From positions 448,001-512,000 of the forward strand of contig CAVUZH010000003.1 of the NCBI GenBank assembly GCA_963745835.1: DNA of 64,000 nt, written 5' to 3'. Below the pieces are notes generated by a model. It did not search any database, had not been told where the DNA came from, and was given only the letters and a program-made list of their open reading frames with translations. This DNA is from an uncultured delta proteobacterium (lineage in GTDB: Bacteria > Desulfobacterota > Binatia > UBA9968). Below are positions 62,266 through 64,000 of the stretch, in pieces (positions within the stretch are counted from its first letter, which is position 1; each line of letters opens with the position of its first letter). The position numbers and the translations under genes are program-made.

Positions 62266-63285
62266 GTGACGGATTCTACAAGGGTTCCCGAGGGTCTAAG
62301 ATCGGTGAGTGAATTGATACTGCGCAGCTATTGGCATCCGGTGGCGACGAGCAGTGAACTTCGCAATGCTCCGCTTGCCGCATCTTTACTTGGTGAGCAA
62401 ATCGTCGTTTGGCGGACGAAAGATAAGGTAGCGGCATTTCGGGACTTATGCATTCACCGAGGAACTGCTCTATCGCTGGGCTGGATCCAAGACAATAATT
62501 TAGTTTGTCCTTATCATGGCTGGACCTACGCCCCCGATGGCAATTGCGTGCGGATTCCCTCTTTACCGGCGGGACACGCAATTCCTGCCAAGGCTCGCGC
62601 CACCGCGTATTTAAACGCGCGTGAACGTTACGGCTTAGTCTGGGTGTGTCTAGCAGAGCCGAAAGCACCTATTCCCGAGATTGCAGAACTCGAAGATCCG
62701 AATTATCACACGTTTTTTCATTCCACTGAAATGTGGGAAACCAGCGCGGCGCGTATGATCGAAAACTTTATTGACACTTCCCACTTTCCTTATGTTCATC
62801 CTGGTATCAATGCTACTCCTGATGATCCGGTGATCCCTGAGTTCGAAGTGAAGCAGAACGGTTTCGAGCTAAGTTTTGAGACCAAGTTTACTGCTCCTCC
62901 GAGCGGGGCATTCCGAGGGCCTTCCGCATTAGCGTCTTACAGTGCATTTACCGAGGGAAGGCGTCAGTACAGGGTTATCCTACCATTCACCGCCCAGGCT
63001 ATTCGTCCAATGGAGGGAGCCCGGCGTCAGCTGGTATCGATCATCGCCTCGCCTATTTCGGCAAAGCGCATGCGCTACTACACGTTCTCTTCCCGCAACT
63101 TTGCATTGGACCAACCGGATGATGCGTTTCGAGAACTCATACAAGTTATTTTTGCGCAGGACCGCAAAATCGTCGAAAGCCAGCGCCCTGAAGAGTTGCC
63201 TTTGGACTTAACCGAGGAACTACATCTCAAGGGACCGGATGCTGGAACTCTTAAGTACCGCCGGATGCTAAGGGACTTACTGTAG
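62266..63285 (+). CDS. Rieske non-heme iron oxygenase, VanA/demethylase-like alpha subunit
   Basis: CIHRG...CPYHGW Rieske site; ENFID.SH...VH and QD mononuclear iron ligands. Confidence 0.92.
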   Translation: MTDSTRVPEGLRSVSELILRSYWHPVATSSELRNAPLAASLLGEQIVVWRTKDKVAAFRDLCIHRGTALSLGWIQDNNLVCPYHGWTYAPDGNCVRIPSLPAGHAIPAKARATAYLNARERYGLVWVCLAEPKAPIPEIAELEDPNYHTFFHSTEMWETSAARMIENFIDTSHFPYVHPGINATPDDPVIPEFEVKQNGFELSFETKFTAPPSGAFRGPSALASYSAFTEGRRQYRVILPFTAQAIRPMEGARRQLVSIIASPISAKRMRYYTFSSRNFALDQPDDAFRELIQVIFAQDRKIVESQRPEELPLDLTEELHLKGPDAGTLKYRRMLRDLL

Positions 63286-63368
63286 AGAAGCGTTGTCACT
63301 TAGCGCTTTTTCGATCCTCATCGGACATTCAGCTTCAGGAAACCAAGTTGCCTCTCACTTCGGCACCA

Positions 63369-64000
63369 TCATGCTTTCTTCTGCATTGCCGCCAGCACGC
63401 GCTTAGGAGTGAACGGTCCTTCTCTTAAGCGCGCTCCTACGGCATCGAAGATCGCGTTGGCGATTGCGGCTGCCGGTGGAATCGTCGCTCCTTCGCCGGC
63501 GCCCAGAGGTTGCATCTCCGTTCGATTGATCAGAACGATTTCGAGCTCCGGCACATCGGGAAAGCGCAGGATCGGATATGACCCCCAATCGAGGCTGGTC
63601 ACGCCATTGGCGTCATAGGTGACCTCTTCATAGAGCGCGCGGCTGACTCCTTGAATTATGTTGCCTTCGACCTGGTTCTTGACCCCATCGGGGTTGATCA
63701 TCAGACCGCAGTCATGGGAGCAGACGATGCGCTTGACCGCCACTTCACCAGTGCTCTTGTTGACCTCCACCTCCGCGACTGCCGCGACGTACGTTGCGGC
63801 GCGCTGCGTCAGCGCAATACCGCGTCCCTTTGCGATGTTGCCGTTCGCCGCCGCCGGAGAGGGCCGCTTCTGCCAGTTCGCCTTATCGGCGGCGGCTTGG
63901 AGGCATTCGATGGCGCGCTTGTTACCGGATAAATTCTTGAGCCTGAATTCCACCGGGTCGAGTTTCAAATCGGCGGCGATTTCGTCGAGAAAACCTTCGC
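63369..64000 (-). CDS. Xanthine dehydrogenase family molybdopterin-binding subunit (3' part)
   Basis: DPVEFR, DCG..INP....QVEG...QG, GAGE, AAIANAIFDA.G.R; runs off the window. Confidence 0.9.
   Translation of the reverse strand, partial: EGFLDEIAADLKLDPVEFRLKNLSGNKRAIECLQAAADKANWQKRPSPAAANGNIAKGRGIALTQRAATYVAAVAEVEVNKSTGEVAVKRIVCSHDCGLMINPDGVKNQVEGNIIQGVSRALYEEVTYDANGVTSLDWGSYPILRFPDVPELEIVLINRTEMQPLGAGEGATIPPAAAIANAIFDAVGARLREGPFTPKRVLAAMQKKA

Overview
GC-rich bacterial DNA, probably from a soil metagenome assembly. The gene style, with many stand-alone solute-binding proteins and amidohydrolases, resembles Ca. Binatota or related former Deltaproteobacteria; this taxon call is inference only. 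Most of the window is catabolic and transport 'accessory core': 10 intact orphan substrate-binding proteins, GSTs, amidohydrolases, an amidase, a Rieske oxygenase, GFA proteins and a three-gene two-component module. At about 22.0-37.7 kb lies a defence island: a type I restriction-modification operon (hsdM-hsdS...hsdR-M48) carrying a type I Thoeris system (thsA plus two TIR thsB) and a SoFic-type Fic gene between hsdS and hsdR. It is followed by debris of other defence and toxin-antitoxin genes. That island is heavily frameshifted, which may be assembly error. Highlights the ORF track misses or does not explain: (1) a UGA-containing glutaredoxin(UxxC)-DinB fusion with a bacterial SECIS-like hairpin, a probable selenoprotein; (2) a P-loop ATPase fused to a divergent class III nucleotidyl cyclase behind a highly structured leader; (3) a stack of palindromic modules with a compensatory base change between fic and hsdR; (4) three MITE families, one nested inside another. 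No rRNA, tRNA, CRISPR array or integrase was seen.
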